Of a stretch of 64,000 nt of DNA, positions 36,610-50,203 are shown piece by piece. The DNA comes from Trichinella spiralis. Its lineage: Eukaryota. Within the stretch, counting starts at the first letter, position 1, and every line of letters begins with the position of its first letter. The notes under the pieces are model-generated. The model was not told the origin of the DNA, ran no database searches, and was given only the letters and a program-made list of their open reading frames with translations. The DNA lies in NCBI RefSeq assembly GCF_000181795.1, contig NW_003526941.1:2640661-2704660 (forward strand), in the 5' to 3' direction. The position numbers and the translations under genes are program-made.

Positions 36610-39012
36610 ATGGACGACGAAGATAGCCCAATACCTGGTGATCCGTTCGACTCCAGCGACGATGATGACATCGAAGCTGGAAGTGGAGGAGTGAGAGCAT
36701 TTTTTTTTCATTTTATTTATTTTAGTGTTTGAAAATGAATTTTTAGAAAGTATTGTTGAAATCGCTTCATGAGAATAAACACAAAGCGAGGGAATTGCCT
36801 AATGGTGCCGGTGGACAATTGCAAACATGGTCTAGACTCACTTACTTGTGCTTGTCTAGCTTTATTTTGGTATATACGCTGAAAGATGCTTCACCAAAAT
36901 GACACGTGTGATGCTATGTTTCGTGTTATTTTTCACTGGCTTATTTATCTAGGGTTGTATGGTGTCGATTATTGGCCCAACGGTTCCAATATTGTTACGG
37001 CAGAACAACGGACCATCGTTTAGTATGGGCTTTTCTGTAGTATCTGCGAGTGCAGCTGGTAGTGTTGCTGGTATTCTATCCGGTAATTTGATATCTGCTT
37101 GTAGTTAAAAAAGAAAAGAATGAAAAAAATGAAGTTTTCATTTGAATTTTTTCACTAGGTATGTATTGTTTGACGGTCAGTGCTGTTATGCTGGTAACAC
37201 CAATATCTATAATGTTGTGTGGATTTATTGCCGTTGTACTGCCCCAGTGTGATCACTGGCTGAATTGTATTTTTTTGTTTTTTGCACAAGGTTTCTTCCT
37301 TGGCATCATCGATCGAGGTATGGATCTTTTTATTGTGCGTGATTATCTTTTTTTTCTTTTAATTTATATTTTATGGTATTTTTTCAGGTCGTTTTTCGTT
37401 GTTTTTGGAGGACTGGAATAAGCAGTTTCGCTTGATTAGTTTGATTTATATGTGTTTCTCAGTGGGTGGAGCAGTTCCGTTGTTGATATACGCGTTAAAC
37501 GTGTCCGAAAGTCCGTCGACGGCAACTGATTTTACCACCAGTGCGATCACCAAGCGAAGCTTGTCGAATGATAGCTCGTTGGGCAATGGGACTTTCGGCA
37601 AGGTGGTGAACGAAAGCGTTACATCTTGGACCAGCGTGAGTCCAGCTCCGGTGAAGCCGAAATTCGTCGATTCGGCAGGTTTGAAAACCGACGAAACGTA
37701 CGCAGCTCGAAAAGAGAAGGAATTGAAGCACATCGAACTGAATGCTAAAGCGAAGGAAAAAATGCAAACCCAGTCGACGGTCACTGAACCTGCGAACAGA
37801 ACGTCGGAATTCAATTCCACCACAGATGACATTGAATTACCGAATGAGAAAATTACCGAAAGGCTTTTGAATAACAGCGAAACGACTACTATTGCCACTG
37901 TAACAACTCTGTTGTCAACGCTGACAACGACCACACCACCACCACCAACAACAACCCCTTACGTTTCAACGTTGACCAGTGAAGTTATTAGCACAGCATC
38001 TTGGTCAGAGACGACTATTGAAACGATGAGTACCGTTTTGCCGGACGAGGTGATCAGTGTGAGGGATGTGGTGGTCAAGATAGTCGAGAATGATCGACTG
38101 GAATTGGCTTACCATACAGCTGCCGGAATGGGATTCTTTGTCTTGGCCATATTGATGGCAGTGTACTGCGCTTCGTGCAGGATGTGTTCCGGTTCCGCCG
38201 GTGTGGGTAGGCCGCAAATGATCATGGTCTCTTGTGAAAATGCAGGCTCGGTTTACCAGTTGAAGACGTTGACCGTCGGCTTGTTGTTTGTGCTGTTCAT
38301 CGCCGGCGTCGAGTGGACCCTGGCTACGATTACCGTCAGTTATCTGCTGGTGGAACACCAACGCAGTCTGAGCGACAGCGTTGCACTGTGCGCTGTATGC
38401 TGGTGCTTGTCGTGCGGCAGCCGACTGGTGTCGTTGTGCTGCTCTTTCTCCAGACATCTGCTCGGCGTCTGTTTGGTGATCTCGGCTTTGCTTTCCGGTG
38501 TCCTGGCGCTCAGCCGCTCCTACAGCGCAGTCGCGGTTCTGTTGTGCGCCTACGCCGCCAGCGTCGGGCCACTGCTTCCGGCCACGTTCCATTGGTTCAA
38601 TCAGCAAGCAGGCTTGCCGGCGCAGCTCGTGACCGTATGGCTGTTGGCGATAAATTTGAGCCGGGCTCTGGTACCATTGGCCGTCGGCGCGTTGGTCGAA
38701 ATAGGGATGCGAAACTTCCAGACGGCTCTGCTGTTCATGACTTCGCTCAGCTTGTTGCTCTTCATACCGTTGGAAAAGTGGACCAAGCAGTCGAAACACT
38801 ACAGCGACGCTTTGTCAGTGTCCATGTCCAGACGAGGTCGACACAACTTCTTCAATCGCCGAGATCATTATTACACGTCTTTCAAAGCAAACCGAGCAAC
38901 TGCTGATCGGCTGTCGACCAATGAGAACAACAACTCTGACGACGACGTCACTGATGACGATGAAATTCTCCATTTTTATAAACCGCACTCAAAATCTCGT
39001 TTAGTAAATTAA
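36610..39012 (+). CDS. Major facilitator superfamily transporter, MFSD4-like (about 5 exons)
   Basis: Spliced exons MDDEDSP..., TYLCLSSFIL|GCMVSIIGPTVPIL, FAQGFFLGIIDRG, CFSVGGAVPLL, FIAGVEWT, SVGPLLPATFHW, LVPLAVGALV; about 12 TM segments. Confidence 0.8.
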
Positions 39013-40003
39013 ACCTTGAACTTTGAACAGCACTGCGTATTTCTCTTTGAACGGAATTCGGAAAACAAAAAAAAATTCAAATTAGCATAAATTCTTTTCG
39101 AACGTGTCATCCTGCTTTTCATTAATTTCTTGTTAGTGTATCATTGGTGATGAAATTCTTTCTTTTTGGCAACAAAATACAATAACAGAGGTAATTTTCT
39201 TTCACGTCAGATAAACTTTGTTGAACAACACCTTTCTTGTTGCAAATTCAATTTGATTATTCGCAACCGATTCATAAAAATGAAATTATACTTCACAGTA
39301 CGCAAATTAAAAGTAATTACAGTAGCGGATGTTTGGTGTGATTCATTTTTAAAACTTCTTGACAAGCATAAACAGGCAACATTATTTTGTCTAAAATGAT
39401 TCGCTTAAATGAAAAACTGTTTGTTTTCAATTTTTACACGAATTCCCACGAATTTTTGAAAAGCGGGAAAATACATATTACTGTAAAATATTTACGATTT
39501 GTCATAGCATACGGTAAGTGTGATAATTAAAAAACTCTTTTTAATTTTCCGTTTAAACTTAGCATATTTTTTCATGACTGTGAGTTATTTTTATGAATTT
39601 TTTTTGTTTACATGATGAAAATTTAAGGAAAAAATTATTTTTTACTTTTACTGAAAATATAAAAATGCTTTTTTAATTATTATTTTTATAAAAAATGAAT
39701 GAAGATTTATTGATGTGAAAATAATTGTGCTAAGATTTGTTCAGTAAATGAAGAAAATTCGAATTTTGCCGAAATGATAAACTTATCGTACATTTGAACT
39801 TTTTGTTTGTTCTTGAGAATCACTTTTGATAACCGTGATTCACACTTTCCATTGTGGTGAAGTTTGACGCGTGGGCAATTTTCGGTCTTTGCTTCGGTCG
39901 CTTTTTGTCGTCGCGCTCGACGGACGCGGATTGTTTTGCGACTATCTTTTACAGTGTTTTTGTCGTTTAGCCATCTTTAGCGTCGCTTCTTTTTGGCTTG
40001 ACA

Positions 40004-43000
40004 ATGCAATATCGAGTTACGGTGAAGACGTTGGACGGACACGATCGGGCTTTTGAATTGGACCCGGAAGTGAGTTTGCCGCTTTTCAGCTTCCGCTTTC
40101 GAGGGATGAATTTTCCACTTTCTACTGTTGCAGACCACCGTTGGCCAGTTCCAGGAACGCATCGCGGCTGAAATGAACGTCCCGGTCGATCGACAGCGGG
40201 TGATTTTCCACGGTCGCGTTTTGGATCCGAGTTCGACGGTGAAAGATTTGGGCAAGTTGACCATTGATCGTTCGTCGATGTGAATCGACTAACTTATTTT
40301 TTCTTCTTTATTCGTACAGATCTGAACGAAAAAGTGATTCATTTGGTGGAAAAAATGGAAGGTCCGCCTCCTGCGCCTCCTTCAACTACGTCGACCACGA
40401 ATGCGCAAAATGCACAACAAGCACCCGGAAACGATTCTGGTTCCAATGCGGTGCATCCGCATATATTTTTAGGCACGGTCGCTTTGCCGCCGAATGATTT
40501 GACTTCTGAACAAATATATGTAAGATGAAATTGTATTGTTTTTCTGTTTTGTTTCTTAGTTTGTTTTTTAAATTTTTTTAAATGCTTACGTTGAAAATAT
40601 TTCAGACTATTATTCGGGAAGTGTTGGACGAATTTGGTTTTTCTGGCCAAGCTGCTACTATTCAATTACAGGAACCGGTAACTTTATATGTGAAATAAAT
40701 ACAATAGTATATTCTAATCTATTATATTATTGGTTGTTTTTTTAAATTTTTTATAGCGAGGAAACCAACCCGGCGAGGTGTTGATTACGATGAATACAGA
40801 AATGAGTGGCCCTCAGCCGACCATCACTTTTCAGCGAATGCGAGCTATTCGTGAAATGTTGTCCGTTGCGCGAACTTTGATTGAAGTATACCAAAATAGC
40901 ACTTGTTGATTGGTTTCGCTGTTGATTTTATAATTGATTTATTCTTTTACAGGAAGGATCTGATGACGTGGCCGAAATTGTTCAATACGCACGTAGGATG
41001 CAAGGCGAACATTCGTTGTCGAACACTGCTGCGAATGACAAAGAATCCGATGCCAGTTCTTTGGCAGAAATCAAAAAGGAAGGAGAAGAAAGTGCTGCTA
41101 TGCACGATGGTGAAGAAAAACCACCCGAATCAAGTGTGCCAGTAGATCAGAGTACTCAGACTGATGCAAATGCCTCTTCCGCATCCAATTCAAGACGACA
41201 AAGGTATGGCATGTTTTGTTTTTTATGTTTTTTATTTATATTTTTAAGTTTGTTGATAGTTGATTTATGCTTCTTTTTATTAAATAATTTGCAGAAATGC
41301 GACATTTCAAGATTTGGCAAATTTGTTCTCTTTTCTCTCAACAACTGTTCGAGATTTGCTTGCACTACTTCAAAATTGTGAACTGCTGCTGGAAGCCGAA
41401 CGACATTTTGAACCTTTTGTTGGTTTTACGATCATTTTTCCAAATTTTATTTAATCTTTTTTAATAAGTTTTATTTTTAAGACCGCTCGAGCTAGTCGTT
41501 TTGTAATGACCATTCAAACGTTGTTGTCTGTTTTACATTTGGTGGGCCACGCAGCGCACGGTATTAGCGAGTTCGATCTAGATCTTGACGAACCAACTCC
41601 CCGTTCGCTGTTTCCCGTCCTTAACAACGCACAAAACATTTCGACCACTCCTCAATTGGTTAGTTTTTCTTTCTTTTCAACATTGATTGCATTTAATTAT
41701 AATGCGACCATATTGCATGTTTATGTTAATAAATTTAGTCAAACTTTGTGTAGAATTTTTATGCTTAAAAAATTTCACTTGAATTACATTCAGCTTTTAT
41801 ATTGTTTGTAAATTTCTTTTTCATTTATTATTTGTTGTACACTTTTTCTTGTTGAACATTTTGGTTTTTTGGTTTTGTAGGCACAAATCAGGGTGATGAT
41901 TCATCAGCAGAATAGTAACGCCGATGCAAGAACGCAGAGTTCGGGGGACATTTTTGAAAGTAAGTAAAGAAAAGAAAAAGAATTTTAACTTAAATAATAA
42001 ATGAAATTGTTTGCATTATTTCAGATCAGAATAATAATGCAGAAGCAAATGGTAGAACTTTGTCGAGACGAGATGACAGCTCTGCACTTCGACGTGTTGA
42101 AAGCACCTTGAATTCGCCAGCTTTTGCAGAATCTTTGTCTCGCGATTTGACGAACATGATTCACTCTGTCAACGAAGCGACAGGAAGTAAGCGAGAAACA
42201 GAAATAATATGTTGAGAGAGATCGAGTGGTTTGTGTTTGTCTGTGTCGATGTAAATTTTGAAAAATTTCTCCCCAGGTATGATGGACTTTGTGACGATAA
42301 TGAACCGTGGTTCGCGTCATTCATCTGACAACCATGTTGGTAATTATTTGCGCGTCCGTCATGGCAATACGTTAATGCGACATCCGTCCGAAAGACCAAG
42401 GGGCATAAACCGTTTTTATGGACAAGTGCTGAACTTGCCCCCTAACAGTACTGTGAACATTTCTTTTCCTTCTCGTAGTGGATTTGGTCGAACGCGCCAA
42501 CAACGTCAGCAGCCTGGCGCAGATACTACTACTCCGGCTTCTTCAGGACGTTCCGGTGGTGGAGCAGCCCCATTCCGCAACTTTCATGTGCGTTACAGTA
42601 GCGGTGGCAGCAACAGTACCAGTGCCAGTGCTGGTGCCGGTGCCAGTACCAGTGCCAGTACCAGTGCTGGTGCCGGTGCCAGTGTCAGTACCAGTGCCAG
42701 TGCTGGTGCCGGTGCCAGTGCCAGTGCCGGTGCCAGTGCTAGTGCCGGTGCCGGTCCCGGTGCAGGTGGAAGTCGCCAACTGCGGCGTTTACTTCAGCAA
42801 ATGAGGAATACATTCGGTGATGTAGACAATCACCCGGATCCTTTTTTGCCCTGTGCTTCTAGATTTTTCAGCGGCATTGAACGCCAGTTTGGTTCAAGAG
42901 TGACTGTACTGAATTTTTGTTTCCCGTCCGCGTTTTCAAAAAAAGGAGAACAATTGATATTTTCATTTAAGGAAGGAGCATCCGCACAAGTGAACACTTC

Positions 43001-44204
43001 GAACTCTCAAGCTTCGAATGCATCGACGAGCAGAAGTGGTTCGAATGTCCAAGCGGCAAGCAGAAGCACCACTGCAACGGACAACACCGCCGCCACGTTC
43101 GATCGAAATTCTCCCGCAGCACGCGAAATACGTTCTACAATAGAGCAGCTGGCCAACGCAATTCTGGACACTATGAACGAAATGCAGCCATTTGAACGTA
43201 AAGCTTCCTTTCTATCAATGATATATTTTGTTCTCTCTTTCTCCCTTTCTTCTTCAACTTTTTCTCTTTTGCTTATTTTCTAATTTGTAATTTGCTGAGG
43301 AGAGTATAAAAGTGTAGTTTTTTTCATCCACAATTAATTGGCTTTAGGTTTCTTTTGTTCTCTTGTTAATTTTCTTTTGCAATTTGTAATGAGAAAAAAA
43401 ATCAGTCAGTTGTGCATCGTTGAAAAGTGAAAGAAATTTTTTTGTTTGTTTTCTATTATTATTTGTTTTTGTTTGTTTGTGGGGATTTTTGAATGGAGGA
43501 TTAGCAAAGTTTTAGGCGAAGTTTTTGACGATGTACTTCCAGTGCACGCTGCGCCGACCGTTTCCATCAGTCGAACCGTTTCGCGCACCAGTGCCCCACC
43601 CTCTGAATTGGTACCTAATGATTCATCCGACCGTCGACCAGATTTACCAGAACGTTCGATTCCGCCAAGGAACAATACCGGCTCAGAGCAACAACAGCCG
43701 CAGCCACAGCAGCAGCAACAACAACAGCAGCAGCAGCAACAGCAGAATGGCAGGAATAGAATGTCGTTGGATTCGATCATCAACAGTTTCATATCGCACG
43801 TCACCCCTCAAGTGTCCGACCAAACGCTCAGCACAATATTTCCATTGCTCGGCGACGAGGATTCATCTCCGCAGCGTAGTAAGTTGTTGTCTATACCGAT
43901 ACAAAAGCCAGTGTTGTTTGGCATTTTGGTCGTTTTATATTCTTCTTCATCTGTTTTTTTTGCAGTTGTGAACAGTTTGTACCGCCTGTTGGCGAACAGT
44001 CTTGTCGCCGGCGACGTGGTCGACATTTTGCAAGGCAATTACGAAACGTTGGATCGTTTCCGCAGCATCATGCGCCGCTATTTTATCGAAAATTTGTTGA
44101 ACGGAAACGAGCGACCATCTCAGGAGGATATGCGCCAAGCTGCGCATCGTGCCGCTGAAAGTGAAATACCCTATTGTCGGCGTTTGGCTGTAAGTTGCAA
44201 TTCC

Positions 44205-44242
<38 letters not shown>

Positions 44243-45714
44243 CTTTGATTTATGCTTGATTTATTGTTGATTATAATTTTAGGAATTGTTGCCTGAACAA
44301 AACGAAATTGACCTTTTGAGCAGTTTGATCAGCTGTGAAGAGGATACTGTTTATCGTTTGTTGCTTTTGTGTTTTGGAAGTAAGTGATTGCTTTTCTATT
44401 TTGTTAATTATTATGATTAAAAACAATTTTTGTCAGCAATATAATATTATTATTTATGCTTCTAAGGGTTGCCTTTCAGTATTAATATATCCTTTTGTAG
44501 AAGATTCGAATGAAGCATTCGGACAGAGATTGTACAAAAATTTACTTTTGGGCGTAAAGCAAACGTTGGCCGTGGTTGTTTACACCTACGCTCCGAACGG
44601 TGAAGTTGACGAGCGGATTGTTCGTATCATGACAGTAAGAGGAAAAAATGAATGGAATTTGTTTGTTTGTATGTTTTTGTTTCTTATTTTGTCATTTCAG
44701 AGTGCTACTTTGCGAGATGTTCCGGAATATGTACGCCGGGCGTTCGACAGTTTTGGTGCCGGTGTTTTGCAGACCGTACTTGCGGAAACGTTGCTTCCAA
44801 GGGAAGAGGTGTCGGGATTTTTTGTGAAAAAGCATGCGACAACAGCAGAACGGCACGAAAACAGACAAGGTTCAGCAGCATCTGAAAACAACAATATTCT
44901 TACCACGGCTGCTGATGCTTTTGCTGGTGAGCCGATGATTGTGGAACCCGATTCAGTCGACAACTTGAACAATCAGCCGGTAATTTGTCTTTTCTTTTAA
45001 AAATTAATTAAACCGTGCATTTATTTTTGTTTCTTCTTCAGACGGAATTGGACTTGCAACAAGTGGCGTTGTGCAATTGCACCATTGAAAAAGACGATGA
45101 TACGCCGTCGGTTCGGGCGTCAATCAACAGTCTACCACCCGAAGTAATTGCCAGTTTGCCAATAGTAAAAAACTTAAATTTTTATTACTTGTCGATGATC
45201 GTTGTTGATGGTGATGGTGATAATTATAATTTTTTCTTATAAACAAAAGGGAATTGAACATTTGATCGAAGAAGATGTTCAAGTTCAAAGAGTTGTGCCA
45301 CCGCAGGCACCGTTCAGTGACATCTATTTGAGCAGTATGCCAGCGAAGCGTCGTCGAGTAATTATTATGTCCTATTATATATATATATATATTTTTTTTT
45401 TTTCTAAACTACTTTGTTAAAGCTCTCTTGTTAACAATCGACAAATTATTGTTTGTGTTCAGGTAGTGCAAAGTGGACGACTGAATTTGGATGACGATCA
45501 AAGGCAACTGTTCCACGACGCGCTTGCCAATGCAATCACGAGTTCTGAAAGTGCCGAAAGTGCCCCCGCTGTGCGCAATTTGTTGAATTCATCGGAAATT
45601 GTTTCCGAAGCTGTGGAAAATTTCATGAAAGAAAAGATTCAGCGTCGACTGCGATACGATCGCGATTTCACGCCAGTACTGTTCCCATCGTCGTATGAAT
45701 ATTTCAAACCGTAA
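40004..45714 (+). CDS. BAG6: Large proline-rich protein BAG6 (BAT3/Scythe), multi-exon
   Basis: N-terminal UBL MQYRVTVKTLDGHDRAF..VPVDRQRVIFHGRVLD..KVIHLVEK; C-terminal PPQAPFSDIYLSSMPAKRRR (NLS) and KIQRRLRYDRDFTPVLFP (BAG-like end). Confidence 0.9.
42615..42763 (+). repeat. Coding hexamer minisatellite (AGTGCC/GGTGCC/AGTACC) encoding SASAGAGA repeats in BAG6
   Basis: Visible tandem hexamers; translation STSASAGAGASTSASTSAGAGA... Confidence 0.9.
43688..43746 (+). repeat. CAG/CAA polyglutamine tract in a BAG6 exon
   Basis: Translation QQQPQPQQQQQQQQQQQQQQ. Confidence 0.9.
44206..44240. repeat. (TA)n microsatellite in a BAG6 intron
   Basis: Directly visible. Confidence 0.95.
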
Positions 45715-46507
45715 TTCTGCGCTTGTTCGCTGGTAAACTTTATCCACAATCTCTATCCCATTAGATGAGAACAACAGCCACATTATTTTAATTCGCTTTT
45801 AAAAATATTATTTGATAAATTATTGCAAGTGTAATTTTATTTTATTCTATATTCCATATTCTATATCCTATATTTATTTGCACATTTATTGCTTGTGACA
45901 TGTTTTTTATTCTCACACAGAGAAAAAAAACAAAAAGCAATAATGAATGACTGATGAATAAGTTTTTCTTTTTTTTAAATTGTAATTTATCAGTTATAAT
46001 CGTGTTTTTTCTTGTTGTAATTCTACTCTGACGAAATGTGATGAAACGTGCATAGTAGGTGATGATGATGATACGCTATGCTTTCTACCTTTATTTAGCG
46101 TGAATATGCATACTTTTATGAATAATTATAATCTTCTTATTTATGATGATATCATGATCATGATCATCATCATCATGCTGACATTGATATCTAGAGTAAA
46201 GCTTTTCTGGAAAAAACAAACTGAACCAAAAAAATCTGTTTTTTTTTGCGCAGCGGTTGTACAAATTGGCCGGCTGGTTCTTTATCCTCTTTCTATGCAT
46301 GCGTGTACACGCCCATGTACAGCATACACGTGCACAGCAATCTGTACGTGTGCTTGTATATGTACGCGTGACTACTTGTTCATTTCTATATTATTTGGAG
46401 TTGGTTGCTAATTGTGATATTGTTTTTTACAGGTTGTTGTTGTTGTTGTTGTGTTTGGGGTGTTTTTTTTGTTGTTCTCTTTTCGTATCTTTTGCGTTTG
46501 GTTGGGC

Positions 46508-47388
46508 ATGGATAATAATTTGCCCCAAGAGGTGGAAGAGTTCAAGTTCGAAGATTGGACGTTCACGTTCACCAGCGGTCAGTCGATTCTTTCCTCGGCT
46601 TGCACTTGCGGCAGTGGAACGGCGGACGGTGACCGTGGTGACCAACAACGTTGCGCTTATTGTCGTTTCAGCACCGCGTTGAAGTACCCCAATCGACCGG
46701 ATATGGTCTTTCACAAGAACTCACTGCGCGTGATGCACCGCGGTGGCGCGTCGGTCCACTTCGACGCCTTGGCAGCTTTGGACCAGGTTGGCGAGGATGC
46801 GCCGGAGTCGAGTTGCCACGTGGCGGCGAGCGACGTTTGGCGCCAAGCGCGGGCCATGTCCGCGTATCTGTCGAACGTGCTGCGCACGCACGATTGGACA
46901 TATTCCAGCATGTTCGTCGGTGATCTTGTCGGATTTCAGGTGTATGATATGATATGATATGACATGATATGATTCGATCAAATTTAATTAATTGATTTGT
47001 TGATCAGGTCGTTGCTACCGAAGAACCGCTCGATTTGGACCGTCTTCGACAGCCCGAACCGATTCTGTTCTACGCCCATATTCCGCTGTACGAAGACGAA
47101 CTGGCCGATCACGGTTGTTCGAAGATGGAATTGAAGATCAGATGTATGCCGTCCGGCTTTCTCATTCTGCTCAGCCATTACTTGAGAGTGGACGGCGTAT
47201 TGATTCGTCTGCTCGAGACCCGCTACCGGCATTTGTACGGTCGCACGTACGTGCTGCGCGAGAGGACACTGAAGCGCAGCAATTTCGACCAGCTCACCTC
47301 TGCCCAGCTTCGGATGGTCATGAATCCAGAGCAGTTGAGTGCAAATTTGCCGCCAATTTCTGTCATCAGCGAACGTTTGCAATTTTGA
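46508..47388 (+). CDS. TIPRL: TIP41-like protein (PP2A regulator), 2 exons
   Basis: EEFKFEDWTF, PDMVFHKNSL, FDALAAL, HDWTYSS, EPILFYAHIPLYEDELADHGCS, KIRCMPSGF, YLRVDGVLIR..ETRY. Confidence 0.95.
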
Positions 47389-47728
47389 GAGAGTTCGTTG
47401 GTAAGTGAATTTTGGTTGTTGCTCTTGTGGTCTTCTCTTTTGACAACTTTTCGAATATTTCTTCTTTTTCTTCGTCAGTTTGTACTTGTCTGCACATAAA
47501 ATCCAATGTTAAATCCCCCTTGCGTGCCCTGTACAGATACTGTCCGTTGTCGTGTGGGGTGGGTGGGTTTGTGGAAAAGTTTCTTCCTTTTGACAATGAC
47601 GGTTGTATATGTTGTGCGCAATTTTGAGAATATATTTGCTCACTGACCTATGCTATGTGTGTATGTGTGGTTAATTGATTGCAATGTTAAAATTAATCCG
47701 ATTGATTAGCTGTTGTTTATTTTGTTTA

Positions 47729-50163
47729 TCAATCGAAGAACGTCGATCTGTTGCTGCTACATTCTGCAGTGTCGATTGAATTACAAGCCCGGAGGAGGGC
47801 AGCTGTTGTTGGTGTTCTGTTGTTGTCACTTTTTAGTTTCTTTTGTCGATTGGCGCTTTCTTCGAACTTTGAACGAGCTGTACCGCCAATACTCGACTGG
47901 GGTAGATTTTGCAAGCTTATTGAATTTGAATTTGAATAGCCCACGTTGTTTTTCTTGTCGTTGTTGTTGTTGTTTGCAATTTTTCGATTGCGAAATCTCT
48001 TTCCCAGGCGTAGAATGGACGAAATTGGCGACTGGCTTTCAACGCATTTCGGCTCTTTGGTAAGCGTTCTGCAGCAATTGAAGAAGGATAAATTGGGAAA
48101 AATGAATTTGTTTCATCAAAGAAAAAAAAACCTACTTACTGCGTGGAAGAGGAATCGTCTTCGGCTGCGGTTATTGTACTTTCGTCTTCGGTGACAAGAG
48201 CTGAAATTATTCGGACCACTTTATATACATATATATATACATATTTATTTATTTATTGTGCTTGTTTTCTTTTATTACCTGTGACAGTTTGGTTTTCGAA
48301 ACTGTAAGACGAGCAAGCTGGTGGAGATTGGCTTTTCCGTTGCCGATCAGCCGGTATCAAATTTTCCCCGTCATCATTGTCACCATCATCATCATTATTT
48401 CCTCCTCGTCTTCGGTTCATCTGTTCGCTGAAGACCATCAAACTGTGGAAACTGCTGTACGCGATGCTTGACATTGACCGCCTGTGGTCTGGTTCGCTTA
48501 TCGACGGTGTTACCGATCTTCTGGGCAAGTTGACCGTTTGGTATTGTTGTTGCTGTTGTTGTTCTTCTCCACGGCAACAGCGACGAGTTTTGCTGCTTTC
48601 TTCGTCGCAATTTTCCTCACTTCGGCATGCGGATGACGCATGTTCGTCTGCTTTGCTTCTGTCAAGCGAAAAAGCGAACCGGCTCATGCGCAAGCAAGGA
48701 AATTAACTCAATTTTTGCACACCTACTTTATTGACAACGACGGCGATTCGGGCTGGTCGACTTTGGCAACTGTGGGCGGGAATTTTTTGGTGATGAACAA
48801 ATGTCCCGGCGAGTGACTTTCCCGATGACTGACCAACGCCTCGCAGCTGATCCGCGGCTTCTCGTCGGTCGGGCCCACGTATACGCCACCGTAGGGTCGG
48901 TCGTCGTCGCTCGCCTGCATCATCACCGTTTCTCTTTTCGAATGGTCGTCCTCCACTTGGTGGACGCTGGTGCCCAGTTTGGCGGAGTATTTCAAAATGG
49001 CCAGCGTTTCTCGACGAACCTGTGCGGAAATTGTAAAATCGGTTCTTCTTTCCGTTCTCCAAATCGAATCTACTACTACTTACCGCACTGAGTCGCCTTT
49101 TCAGAATTCGTTTCTCCTTTTCTTGGCGGAGAATTTGCTCCCGGATATCTTTGTTCAACATGCGGTTTTTGTTGATCACGTACAAAGAGCGCATCATCGC
49201 TCTGGGGTAGTGGATCGTTGGGTCGCGGTGGCTTTGCATCAGTTCGACAATTTTCGGCACGAATACAAGCGCCAGAGTGACCGTCGTGCAGAAAATGATG
49301 AACATTGAAATGATGATGTAGCACTCGTTGATTTGATCTTGCAATATGAACGAAATGGCCACGCCGACCCCGCAGACGAGCACCACGTTGTAAACCGACA
49401 TGCCGATGTATTTGCTGTCGTTCAACGCCGGCACGTTCACGTTTCTCGTTTCCCATGCTAAAAAGCAGCCCAGCACGAGAAATATCCCCTTGTAGCCGTA
49501 CAGCAGCGCCTGGAACACGACCGTGTAGTCGGTTTTGCAATATTCGATGGTCGGTTTGATCAGCATGTTGGATCGTTCATCTTTCTGAAAAAAAACAGAA
49601 ATGTGGCAATTTGATTGACGACGACAAAAAAATTTATTCATTTGCTTGTGTTACTTCTGTCGGCAGTTGTTTGACAGCCATTTGCATAGGATCGATGATG
49701 AGCCAGGTGCTCAGGATGAGCACGTCGATCAGCAACAGGACGCCGACAATCAAGAACAATTTGTAATCTTTGATTGCCTTTTTGTGCAAATGGATGTCGT
49801 TGAAGATGGAATGAACCCGCCACGTTTTGGCAAACATTGAGCCGAATGCGAGTGTGAATCCAAAGCAGAGGATCCAAACTTTGGCCTGTTAAGCATAATT
49901 AATTTGTACAGAAATGATGAGATAACTTGCGTATTCTTACAGTGCACATGCGACTGTAGTCCAACTCGGATACCATGTTAGTGTCGATTCCCAAAAGAAT
50001 GACACTGCAATAGGTCATGATTGAGCCGAGAATGATCAGATTGTTCACATTTGGGCTGGACATTTTTATAAATCTGAAATGAGCTTTTTTTTTGAAAAAA
50101 TGGAACTTGACTAGTTGCGACAATTTAAATGATAAATGATTGTTGTACTTTTGGATTGGATAG

Positions 50164-50203
<40 letters not shown>

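Noticed and set aside
38005..38799. 264-aa antisense ORF and 197-aa alternative-frame ORF
   Set aside because: Expected by-products of the GC-rich MFS exon.
42543..42779. TG-repeat and VP-repeat ORFs resembling antifreeze or ice-binding proteins
   Set aside because: Other frames of the BAG6 hexamer repeat.
47946..48706. Plus-strand gene starting MDEIGDWLSTHFGSL with a gtaagc donor
   Set aside because: The region is fully explained by in-frame minus-strand gbb-2 tail exons.
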